The notes beneath the pieces are model-generated. The model was given only the letters and a program-made list of their open reading frames with translations, had not been told where the DNA came from and did not search any database. A program made the translations under genes and the position numbers. Below are positions 19,940 to 28,897 of a DNA stretch of 64,000 bases, piece by piece; position 1 is the first letter of the stretch; the number at the start of each line of letters is the position of its first letter. Origin of the DNA: Deltaproteobacteria bacterium (GTDB lineage: Bacteria; Myxococcota; Kuafuiibacteriia; Kuafuiibacteriales; Kuafuiibacteriaceae); contig JADJPE010000005.1 in the NCBI GenBank assembly GCA_016713425.1, positions 5,437,532 through 5,501,531 on the forward strand, in the 5' to 3' direction.

Positions 19940-22069
19940 ATGAATGAGAACCGCCCCCCGCTCGTCCTACTCGTCGCGCCCACGCCCTCGCCGACCCTCG
20001 AGCGGGCCCTGGCTTCGACCGGACTCCGGGTCGTACACTCGAACGAACCGCGCGAAATCCTCGAGAAGCTCACGGAGCTCGACATTCGCCTGATCGTCGT
20101 GGACGGCCGACGATTCCCCCGAGGCGCCCAAGAAGTCGCCACGCTCCTCCATGAGGGCATGCCGGAGAACACGCTTCCAACCATCGTGGTCGTCGACGAC
20201 ATCGACGCTGCGATCGAGATCTTCGGATCTTCGTCCGCCGTCGAAATTCTCGCCGACGAGCGTCTGCTCGTTCACGCCGTCGGGCGCTCTCTGAAGACGC
20301 AGAAGGTTCACGAAGACCGACGACGGGCCGAGACGCGCTTCTCTCGCGCACGCCTCATGGCGGGTTTCGCGAGTTGGGAGTGGAGCCTCGAAACCAATCG
20401 GTTCGCCTGCGACCTCGAGCTCCTCGAGATCTTCGACTGCGGACCGATCCGCGGCTCCGTGCAAGTCGAAGACCTTCTCGGGCAAGTCCACCCGAGCGAC
20501 GCCGCGTTGGTTCGCACGGCTTTCGAGAATCGACGACCTCACCAGATCGAGTATCGCCTGTCGTCGACCAGCGCTCGCCCTATCCGTACGGTGCTTCAGG
20601 AAGCAGAGCTCGTCCAAGATCAGCCGAACGGCGAGGTCCGACTTCTCGGAACCGTTCTCGACATTTCGGAGCTGAAGGACGCCCAGACCCGCATCGCGCG
20701 TCTCGTGTACTTCGACAGCCTCACCGGGCTCCCGAATCGAGCCTATTTGAACGAGCATCTCGCACGAGTCATCGGGGCGGCCCAACGCAACCAGGAGCGG
20801 GTGGCCGTCATGGGGCTCGATCTGGACCTATTCAAACGCGTCAACGACACCCTCGGCCATGCGGCCGGGGATCTTCTGCTCCGAGAGGTCGCCAACCGCA
20901 TCAGTCGTGCGATTCGCCACGGGGACTCCGTTGTCGCGAGCGGTCATGGTTCGGTCGATCTTAAGCCAACAACCTCATCGACGACGGGCGTCGACCGTGA
21001 GAACACCGCCGTTCGTCTGGGCGGCGATGAGTTTATCATTATTCTGAATCGCCTCAACGCGCCCGAAGACGCAGAGGTGGTCGCACGAAGAATCGCCGAC
21101 CGGCTTTCAAAGTCTGTCGTCATCGAGGGCGCCGAAGTCTTCGTGAGTTGCAGTATCGGGATCTCGCTCTTTCCCGAGAACAGCGACTCGCCGGAGGAAC
21201 TTCTCAAGCAGTCCGATGCCGCAATGTACGAAGCCAAAGAAAAGGGGCGTAACACCTTTCAGTTCTTCTCCGCCTCGATCCACGAACGCGCCATGCGACG
21301 GGCCAAGCTCGAGAACGGCCTACGCGGTGCGCTCGAAAAGGATGAATTGCGCCTCGTATACCAACCCAAGGTGAAGCTTTCCACGGGCGAGACCGTCGGG
21401 GCGGAGGCATTGCTTCGTTGGACGCACCTCGGCGAGGCGATATCCCCCGGCGAATTCATTCCGGTCGCCGAAGATCGTGGCCTCATCGTGCCCATCGGAG
21501 AATGGGTGCTTCGCCACGCATGCGCCCAGATTCACGCTTGGACGCTTGCGGGGCGATCGATCCATGTCTCGATCAATGTGTCTTCGCGCCAATTTCGCGA
21601 GTCTGATTTCGTCGACAACGTGGCGCGCATCCTGCACGAGACAGGCGTCCGGCCCGACCTCGTGGAACTCGAGATCACCGAAACTTGCATCATGCAGACC
21701 TCAGAACGAGCGACTCGGACGTTGGAGCGCCTTAAGGCACTCGGGGTCACGATCGCCGTCGACGACTTCGGGACGGGCTACTCATCCCTCAGCTATCTGG
21801 GTCGGCTCCCGATCGATACGCTGAAGATCGACGTTGAATTCGTAAGAAGTGTCGTGACGAATGCATCCTGTCGCGCGATCACGTCGGCGATCATTGCGCT
21901 CGGGCGCACGCTCGGTCTTCAAATCGTCGCCGAGGGCGTCGAGTCAAAGAAGCAGATCGACTATCTCCTCCAGCAGGGCTGTTCCTTTGCGCAAGGATTC
22001 GCGTTCAGCCGCGGGATCCCACCCGAGGAGCTGCGCTCGGCGTATAAGGCTCAGCCGGAGGACGCATGA
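19940..22069 (+). CDS. REC-like-PAS-GGDEF-EAL protein (bifunctional c-di-GMP cyclase/phosphodiesterase candidate)
   Basis: The N-terminal receiver-like fold lacks the usual DD pair. A PAS region follows. The GGDEF motif is intact (VRLGGDEFIIILN). The EAL domain is intact (GAEALLRW...DDFGTGYSSLSYL...KID). Confidence 0.9.
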   Translation: MNENRPPLVLLVAPTPSPTLERALASTGLRVVHSNEPREILEKLTELDIRLIVVDGRRFPRGAQEVATLLHEGMPENTLPTIVVVDDIDAAIEIFGSSSAVEILADERLLVHAVGRSLKTQKVHEDRRRAETRFSRARLMAGFASWEWSLETNRFACDLELLEIFDCGPIRGSVQVEDLLGQVHPSDAALVRTAFENRRPHQIEYRLSSTSARPIRTVLQEAELVQDQPNGEVRLLGTVLDISELKDAQTRIARLVYFDSLTGLPNRAYLNEHLARVIGAAQRNQERVAVMGLDLDLFKRVNDTLGHAAGDLLLREVANRISRAIRHGDSVVASGHGSVDLKPTTSSTTGVDRENTAVRLGGDEFIIILNRLNAPEDAEVVARRIADRLSKSVVIEGAEVFVSCSIGISLFPENSDSPEELLKQSDAAMYEAKEKGRNTFQFFSASIHERAMRRAKLENGLRGALEKDELRLVYQPKVKLSTGETVGAEALLRWTHLGEAISPGEFIPVAEDRGLIVPIGEWVLRHACAQIHAWTLAGRSIHVSINVSSRQFRESDFVDNVARILHETGVRPDLVELEITETCIMQTSERATRTLERLKALGVTIAVDDFGTGYSSLSYLGRLPIDTLKIDVEFVRSVVTNASCRAITSAIIALGRTLGLQIVAEGVESKKQIDYLLQQGCSFAQGFAFSRGIPPEELRSAYKAQPEDA

Positions 22070-24261
22070 GGCCAAACGCGCACCGTCTGCGCTTCCATTC
22101 GGTCGGATGGAAAATCGCCGGTGCGACCGTAGTGGTGGTGACCGCCCTCGCCGCCATCGTGCACGTCGCCGTGAGCCGACGGCACCGTGAGTACATCAAG
22201 GCCGCCAAACAAGACGCGGCCAGGATGGTCATTCAATTGACCGCCGCTGGTCTATCAGCACCCGTTGTCTTTGGCGACACTCAGACCACGCAAGAACAAC
22301 TCGATCTTCTCGAGTCCAATGAAGATGTTCTCTACGCAGGCGCATGGCTGGTGAGCAACGACAAACCGCCCATGCCCACCGAACGGCTCGGCCTATACTA
22401 CCGGCAGGCCCGGACTCCGAGGCGCGGGCATCCTCCGGCATCGCCACGAGAACGCACCACGGAACAAGTCATGAAACCCGACCGCGTACCGGAGCAGATC
22501 GAGCAAAGCTACGGTCAGATGTTGATCTCGACGGCGCCGATCGTCGATCTGAGCGGGCGGACCGTCGGGGTCGTGCAAATCGCCTTCTCTTTGGCGCGCG
22601 AGCGCGCGGCCGATGAGGCAGGCGAACACCAGGCGATCATCTTTTCGGCAACTCTTGCAACTTTTCTTGCCTCGATCCTTCTCCTCTTCGCGCGTTTTGC
22701 AATCATAAGGCCACTACACATGCTTTCGAACGCCGCAAATCGCCTGGAGCGCGGCGAAAGGGCAACCATCGACGTGCAATCGAAGGACGAGATCGGCGAC
22801 CTCGCGACCGCTCTACGTGCGATGTCGAGCGCCGTGCAAGACCGGGAAGCGAAGCTCAAAGCGCGCAACAACGACATGCGATTGATCCTCGACAACGCCG
22901 GCGAGGGTTTCGTGACGGTCACATCTCACGGAAAGATGGCGGACGAACGTTCGAAGATGATCGACGAATGGTTCGGCCCACCCGCGGATGGCGCAACTTT
23001 CTTCGACTTCATAGCAACCGTCGCCGGACAAGAGATCGCCGACTGGATGACGCTCGGATGCGAAGCCCTTCACGATGGATTCCTGCCCCTTCAGGTCGCG
23101 ATCGACCAGCTTCCCAAGCAGTTCTCGCATGACGGGCGTTATTTCGCGCTCGAGTACCGCCCCATCTTGCAGGAAGATGGCACATTTCAGGCGATCTTGG
23201 TGGTCATCCGAAACATCACCGCAGAGGTCGAGTTCAAACGCTCGGAGGCGCTCCAACGAGAGGCCCTTGCCCTATTCCAACACTACGTGCGCAACCGCAT
23301 CGGTCTCATCGATTTCTTCCGCGAATCACGCACCCTCGTCGATGCGATCATCATGCACCGAAAAGACGAGCAAGCGATGCGCCGCAACATCCACACACTC
23401 AAGGGCAACGCCGCCTTGTTTGGCGTCGAACGCATCGCAGAGTATTGCCATCGCCTCGAGTCGAAGTGGTCCGAAGATGATCGGCACCCGAGCACATCCG
23501 ATCTTCAAGAGCTGTCGAATCGATGGCGATCGGTCGAGGAGGTCGTCAGCAACCTGGGCGCCGGCACGGAATCTGAGATTATCATGAGCCGAGAAGAACA
23601 CGCGCGCCTCCTCGCGGCCATTCGGTCACGGCAACCGCACGCCGAACTCGAATCCGCCCTGGGCGCTCTCGCCTACGAGCCGGCGGCGCGACGACTCGCC
23701 GCGATGCGGGAGCAAGTCCTGGCGCTCGGCGAGCGATACGGAAAGCCCGAGATTCAGGTCGAGATCAAGCCCACGCCCCTGCGACTTCCTTCTGCTCGTT
23801 GGGCAAGATTCTGGCCATCGTTGGTTCACATCTTTCGCAACGCGGTCGACCACGGTCTCGAAGACGCGGATGAACGAAGTCGGCTGGGGAAGCCGCCCCA
23901 CGGACGCATCGTGCTCTCGTTCGAGAATGTCGGAGACAAGGTCGTCTTCGCCTTCGAAGATGACGGCCGAGGCATCGCGTGGACCAAGCTCGCGGAGCGT
24001 GCCGCCGAGATCGGGCTCCAGACGACCACCAAGGCGGAACTTGAACAGGCTCTCTACTCGGGCGCGCTCTCCTCGAGGGGAGAGGTCACGGAGCTTTCGG
24101 GTCGAGGCATCGGAATTTCAGCCGTCAATGCGACCATTCAGTCCCTGGGGGGCACGATGTCCATTGCCAGCGAGAGTGGCCACGGAACATCCATCCGGTT
24201 CGCCTTTCCCAGCTCGATGCTGAAGGATGATGCACCGACTCAGGAATCCTCTGCCACCTGA
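22066..24261 (+). CDS. membrane sensor kinase with periplasmic domain-HAMP-PAS-Hpt-HATPase architecture (CheA-like phosphorylation on the Hpt domain; no DHp/H-box or CheW domain)
   Basis: Two TM segments flank a periplasmic domain of about 150 aa. HAMP and PAS follow, then an Hpt motif (HTLKGNAALFG). The HATPase has an N-box (IFRNAVDHG), G1 (DDGRGI) and G2 (GRGIGIS). The start overlaps the stop of the upstream gene. Confidence 0.8.
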   Translation: MRPNAHRLRFHSVGWKIAGATVVVVTALAAIVHVAVSRRHREYIKAAKQDAARMVIQLTAAGLSAPVVFGDTQTTQEQLDLLESNEDVLYAGAWLVSNDKPPMPTERLGLYYRQARTPRRGHPPASPRERTTEQVMKPDRVPEQIEQSYGQMLISTAPIVDLSGRTVGVVQIAFSLARERAADEAGEHQAIIFSATLATFLASILLLFARFAIIRPLHMLSNAANRLERGERATIDVQSKDEIGDLATALRAMSSAVQDREAKLKARNNDMRLILDNAGEGFVTVTSHGKMADERSKMIDEWFGPPADGATFFDFIATVAGQEIADWMTLGCEALHDGFLPLQVAIDQLPKQFSHDGRYFALEYRPILQEDGTFQAILVVIRNITAEVEFKRSEALQREALALFQHYVRNRIGLIDFFRESRTLVDAIIMHRKDEQAMRRNIHTLKGNAALFGVERIAEYCHRLESKWSEDDRHPSTSDLQELSNRWRSVEEVVSNLGAGTESEIIMSREEHARLLAAIRSRQPHAELESALGALAYEPAARRLAAMREQVLALGERYGKPEIQVEIKPTPLRLPSARWARFWPSLVHIFRNAVDHGLEDADERSRLGKPPHGRIVLSFENVGDKVVFAFEDDGRGIAWTKLAERAAEIGLQTTTKAELEQALYSGALSSRGEVTELSGRGIGISAVNATIQSLGGTMSIASESGHGTSIRFAFPSSMLKDDAPTQESSAT

Positions 24262-24574
24262 CACCTCTGGTCGTCGCTCGGGGCCAACGCCCAGCGTTTC
24301 TGATTCGCGATGCGCTCAGCAAGCGCTGGGTTCGTGTTCATGCCACCGCGAATCACACAACTCGACCCAACCCCTCAACGGGGCCCCTGAACGGGCATCT
24401 TGAGGATGTCACCGGAAAACGGTGGGATTGCGGAGTCGACGCCGACGCCGACAATCGACCGCCGACTGCGACAACCGGCAGGGTTTGCAGTCGGCAGCCA
24501 GGCTGAACGATCGTTGACCCTCCGGGGGGCATGTGTCCCCTCCGGGGAGAAGCGCAACGTCATAGAGCCCCACC

Positions 24575-25315
24575 GTGATACGCGCCATTCGTGCCGGGAG
24601 CACCACGCTCTGGGTCGCGAAGTCCCTGCTCAAGGTCAGCAAGCAAGGAATCGGTTCCGGGTCGGTGACCAGCGTTCCCCTGGGCATCAACTGTGGCAGC
24701 GACTGCACCGAGAGCTACGAAGCGGCGACGTCCGTTGTGCTGAAGGCCCAAGCCGCCTCGGGTTCGGAGTTCTCGGGTTGGAGTGGCGGCGGGTGCAGCG
24801 GGAACGAGGCAACCTGCACAGTAGCGATGACCGGAGCCCGTACCGTCACCGCCGAGTTCGCGCTTGCAACCAAGGTGTCTTTTTCCCCGGGAACCATTCT
24901 GATCGAGCAGAACCAATATGCCGAGACCGCCAGGTTCAGGCTGTACATGCAGGCCGATGGAAATCTCGTACTGTACCGGAAGTCGGACGCCACCGTCCTC
25001 TGGTCGAGTGGAACCAGCGGACGAACCTGCAACGACAGCAACGTCTGCAAAGCGAAGTTCCAGGGCTCGTGGTCACCGCCGAAGACGCACGAGTCGCCCT
25101 GCGGTCTACCGTCTAGCGTCTACGCGTCAGGGTCGCGCGGAGCATCACCTTTGATCCCTGCGTATCGGCCTCGGTCGCGACCGCTGTCCGTCCGCGGTCC
25201 ATCACCAACCTGTGCTCCTGAACCATGGGGTCGATCCCGGTGGGAAGGCCGCTGCTCAGGACTTGGACGACCGAAACCGCAAAGTCTCCATCGGTTAAGA
25301 CGCGCTCACACATAG
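24575..25315 (+). CDS. fragmentary protein with a divergent InlB B-repeat domain and a partial bulb-type (mannose-binding) lectin motif; possibly a pseudogene or frameshifted
   Basis: GSGSVTSVPLGINCGSDCTESY...GSEFSGWSGGGCSGNEATCTVAMTGARTVTAEF matches the InlB B-repeat pattern. RLYMQADGNLVLYRKSDATVLWSSGT matches one B-lectin subdomain. Only one of the expected three subdomains is present, no signal peptide is seen, and the C-terminus is junk-like. Confidence 0.3.
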   Translation: MIRAIRAGSTTLWVAKSLLKVSKQGIGSGSVTSVPLGINCGSDCTESYEAATSVVLKAQAASGSEFSGWSGGGCSGNEATCTVAMTGARTVTAEFALATKVSFSPGTILIEQNQYAETARFRLYMQADGNLVLYRKSDATVLWSSGTSGRTCNDSNVCKAKFQGSWSPPKTHESPCGLPSSVYASGSRGASPLIPAYRPRSRPLSVRGPSPTCAPEPWGRSRWEGRCSGLGRPKPQSLHRLRRAHT

Positions 25316-25378
25316 TATGGGTCGAGCGCTCCAGTTGCGCCCTCGATCGACGTCCAGCGCTGACTTGAGCCTAAAAAG

Positions 25379-28300
25379 GTGGTTGGCTCGCAGCCAACCA
25401 TGAAACGCCTCGTCGCATCGCGTCGAAATGACCTCCGCCTCGCCGTGATGTCGAGCTGGCTGTTCGACACCGCGACCCAAGGCTCGGTCCTTGTCGTGGG
25501 CACGACCCGAAGGGCTGCCGACGACTTTGCGCGCGACATTCTGCGCGCGGACGAACGGGGGCGCATAGGTGTCGTCCGGCTCACGCTTCGCCAGCTCGCA
25601 AGAGAGCTTGCTACGCGCGATCTAGCCCGGAGCAAGAAGGGCACCGCCGGTTTCCTCGCTTGCGAAGCGCTCGCCGCGCGATCCGCGCACCAGGCGCAAT
25701 TCCACGGAGGCCTTCGAGCCTTCGCAGCCGCCGCGAAAAGCCCAGGATTCGCGCGGGCGCTTGCCGAGACCATTCGCGATCTGCGTGGGGAAGGAATTGG
25801 CCCGTCCGAACTCGCGCCGCTCGGCCCCGCTGGCGCCGACCTCATGACACTGCTCAAGGCCTACGAAGCAGCGCTCGCCGCCCACAGGCTCGCCGATCCG
25901 AGCGATGTCTTCGAGATCGCGACGACCGTCGTCGAGCGGGGCGAACATCCGTTCGTTGCACGGCCGATCCTCCTCCTCGACGTTGCACCGGCAACGCGCG
26001 CCGAAGAACGCTTCGTCGGCGCACTCAGCAATGCGAGCCCTTCGGTCCTGGCCGGCGCGCTTCGCGGCGACGACGACGGCATCGCCCGCCTCGAAGCGGC
26101 GCTCGGCGTTCGCGCCGAGTACCTCGAAGATATTGACCTCGTCGATCCGGTCCGCGTTCCATCGGACGGCCCGGATGAAAGCCGCCGCGGGCGGGCCCTC
26201 GAGCGGGCGCAAGCAAGGACCTTCAGGGCGCTTCCCCGCGACGAGGTCGCGGTCGTTCCGCCGGAGGCGGAGCCAGAGGACCACTCGTTCGAGCTGTTCG
26301 CCGCAAGCGGCGAGTCGGCGGAGGTGCTCGAGATCGCGCGTCGCATCCTTGTCGCCGCGCGCCAAGAAGGCGTCGCATTCGACGAGATGGCCATCCTCCT
26401 GCGCCACCCGTCCATCTACGAACCGCTCATCGAAGAGACGTTGCGGCGCGCGGACATACCGGCCTTCTTCACCCAAGGGACCCGGCGACCGCAAACGAGC
26501 GGACGTGCGCTCCTGGCCTTGCTGGCGTGTGCGGGGGAGCGCTTGTCGGCCCGGCGGTTTGCGGAGTACCTGTCCCTCGGGCAGGTACCTCCGCTCGACG
26601 CTGAGGCCAAACCGAAACCAAGGACCGTGCCTTGGGTCGCGCCCAAGGATGATATCCAGCTCGTCTTTGCGACCGATGTGTTCGAGCCCCACGAACAAAC
26701 CGACGAACAAACCGACGAACAAGCGGTCCCCGAAGCCTCGGAGCGAGATCCCCGAGGCTCGCCTCACCCCAATATTCGGCCGCATGGTCGACCCGAGGCG
26801 TCAACGCGACGAGACAACGACGAAGGCCCCGAGAGCGCCGGGACGCTCCACACACCGCGGTCTTGGGAGCATCTGCTCGTCGATGCAGCCGTCATTGGGG
26901 GCCGCGATCGGTGGGTGCGCCGTCTTCGCGGCCTCGAACAGGAGTTCCAGGCCCAGATTCGGGCGCTCGAGGTCGAGGATCCGGTGCGCGCACGCAAGAA
27001 GCAGGATGATCTCGAACGTCTTCGAAACCTCGAAGGCTTCGCGCTCCCAGTCATCGATTTCTTGGCCGCGATGCCGAGCGCGGCGCCCTGGGGTGTATGG
27101 CTCGACCACCTCGATGCGCTCGCCGGCATGGCGCTTCGACATCCGGAACCCGTGCTTGCGGTCCTGGCGGAGCTGCGCCCGATGGCGGACGTCGGACCGG
27201 TCACGCTTCGTGAGGTCCGCGAGGTCCTGACGCGGCGCCTAAAGAACGAACGCGTACCCACCGGCGGCCAACGTTTCGGTCGCGTCTTCATCGGCCATCT
27301 CGAGGAAGCCGCGGGCCGGGCCTTTCACACGGTCTTCGTGCCCGGCCTTACTGAGGGTCTCTTTCCCGAGAAGGCCTTTGAGGATCCTTTGCTCCTCGAT
27401 CAGGCGCGAATCGAAATCGCCGGGCCGTCCTTCGCACTTCGCCCGCAGCGCGTGCGCCACGAGCGGCACATGCTGAGGCTCGGCCTCGGCGCAGCACGCG
27501 AGAAGCTCGTGGTCTCCTATCCAACGGTCGACTTGGCCGAGGGCAAGGGCCGCGTTCCGTCCTTCTACGCGCTCGAGATCCTTAGGGGTGCCGAGGGTCG
27601 CGTCCCGTCGCTTCGGGGTCTCGAACAACGCGCCCAGTCATCGGCGTCGAACCGGCCGGGCTGGCCGGCCCCCAGATCGCCAGAGACCGCGGTCGACGAT
27701 GCGGACTACGATCTTTCCATCATCGGTGCACTTCGCGATCTACCTTCCGATGAGATCGGAGGACGAGGCCGCTATCTCATCGAAGGCCACGACGGCGCAC
27801 CCCCGAACGACAGCCTCGTTCGAAACCTGCGTGCACGCGCACAGCGCTTTCGACATCGCTTCTCCGGCGCGGACGGTCTTTGGCTCGACGACGACAACGC
27901 ACATCTCGTCGCGGCGCTTGCCGCGCGCCGTCCGACGGAGCGCGCCTATTCTGCAACATCGCTTCAGACCTTTGCCGCATGTCCCTATCGATTCCTGCTC
28001 CACGCCCTCCATGGCCTAAGGCTACGCGAGGATTTCACGACGGTCGAGTCGCTCGATCCGCTGACACGCGGCAGCATCTACCACGACGTCCAGTTCGATC
28101 TATTCTTCGCGCTCAAAGCGCAAGGGCTCTTGCCCGTCAACGAGGCGCGCCTCGAACCCGCGACCCGAGTCCTCGACCGGGTCGTGCGCGAGGTCTTCGC
28201 TCGTTATGAAGAACGACTCGCGCCCGCGATCCCTCAGATCTTTGCTCGCGAAACGCAGGCGCTGCACCAGGACATCAACCAGGCCCTGCACGTCGAGGCC

Positions 28301-28864
28301 GCGCGGAGCAGCGACTGGCGTCCCATCCACGCCGAGCTCGCGTTTGGGCTGGCCGACGAGCTCGAACGACGCGACCCCGAGAGCCGGCCAGAACCGATCC
28401 AGATCCTTTCTCGCTTCCTCGTGCGTGGCAGCGTGGATCTCGTCGAAGAGCACCACACGTCGGGTCATCTTCGCATCACAGATCACAAGACGGGGCGCCT
28501 CCCGAAGCCACCACCCCGCTACGTGGGAGGCGGCGAGCATCTGCAGCCGCTCCTTTATGGTCTCGCCATGGAGGCCCGCTTGGGCAAGCCCGTCCAAAGC
28601 GGACGTCTGAGCTACGGGACCGAGCGCGGACAATTCGACGCGATCGAGGTCGAGATCAACGCGTCGTCGCGTGGGTCCTTGGGTCAGGTTCTCGAAACGA
28701 TCGACGACGCCGTCGCGAGTGGTCGCTTGCCGGCTGCGCCCCAACTCGGAAAATGCAGCTACTGCGACTATCGACCCGTTTGCGGAACGCACGAGGAGCA
28801 ACGGGTGCAGCGCAAGGATATGAGTCAACTTGCCGCGCTCGAGGCGCTGCGCGCGCTCCGGTAG
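25379..28864 (+). CDS. addB: AddB-type helicase-nuclease subunit (RecB-family nuclease with Fe-S cluster; degenerate N-terminal ATPase)
   Basis: A 1161-aa ORF. The C-terminal nuclease motif (ITDHKTG) and the Cys cluster (GKCSYCDYRPVCG, CxxCx5C) are as in AddB. The N-terminal P-loop is degenerate (VVGTTRRAAD). The gene lies upstream of an AddA-like gene. Confidence 0.8.
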   Translation: MVGSQPTMKRLVASRRNDLRLAVMSSWLFDTATQGSVLVVGTTRRAADDFARDILRADERGRIGVVRLTLRQLARELATRDLARSKKGTAGFLACEALAARSAHQAQFHGGLRAFAAAAKSPGFARALAETIRDLRGEGIGPSELAPLGPAGADLMTLLKAYEAALAAHRLADPSDVFEIATTVVERGEHPFVARPILLLDVAPATRAEERFVGALSNASPSVLAGALRGDDDGIARLEAALGVRAEYLEDIDLVDPVRVPSDGPDESRRGRALERAQARTFRALPRDEVAVVPPEAEPEDHSFELFAASGESAEVLEIARRILVAARQEGVAFDEMAILLRHPSIYEPLIEETLRRADIPAFFTQGTRRPQTSGRALLALLACAGERLSARRFAEYLSLGQVPPLDAEAKPKPRTVPWVAPKDDIQLVFATDVFEPHEQTDEQTDEQAVPEASERDPRGSPHPNIRPHGRPEASTRRDNDEGPESAGTLHTPRSWEHLLVDAAVIGGRDRWVRRLRGLEQEFQAQIRALEVEDPVRARKKQDDLERLRNLEGFALPVIDFLAAMPSAAPWGVWLDHLDALAGMALRHPEPVLAVLAELRPMADVGPVTLREVREVLTRRLKNERVPTGGQRFGRVFIGHLEEAAGRAFHTVFVPGLTEGLFPEKAFEDPLLLDQARIEIAGPSFALRPQRVRHERHMLRLGLGAAREKLVVSYPTVDLAEGKGRVPSFYALEILRGAEGRVPSLRGLEQRAQSSASNRPGWPAPRSPETAVDDADYDLSIIGALRDLPSDEIGGRGRYLIEGHDGAPPNDSLVRNLRARAQRFRHRFSGADGLWLDDDNAHLVAALAARRPTERAYSATSLQTFAACPYRFLLHALHGLRLREDFTTVESLDPLTRGSIYHDVQFDLFFALKAQGLLPVNEARLEPATRVLDRVVREVFARYEERLAPAIPQIFARETQALHQDINQALHVEAARSSDWRPIHAELAFGLADELERRDPESRPEPIQILSRFLVRGSVDLVEEHHTSGHLRITDHKTGRLPKPPPRYVGGGEHLQPLLYGLAMEARLGKPVQSGRLSYGTERGQFDAIEVEINASSRGSLGQVLETIDDAVASGRLPAAPQLGKCSYCDYRPVCGTHEEQRVQRKDMSQLAALEALRALR

Positions 28865-28897
28865 TCGGATGCTGACTGCCGCCACGAGGACACCAAC

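Noticed and set aside
24575-25315. Intact bulb-type lectin gene
   Set aside because: Only one of the three lectin subdomains is recognisable in any frame. There is no signal peptide and the C-terminal translation is degenerate, so it is called a probable pseudogene or fragment instead.
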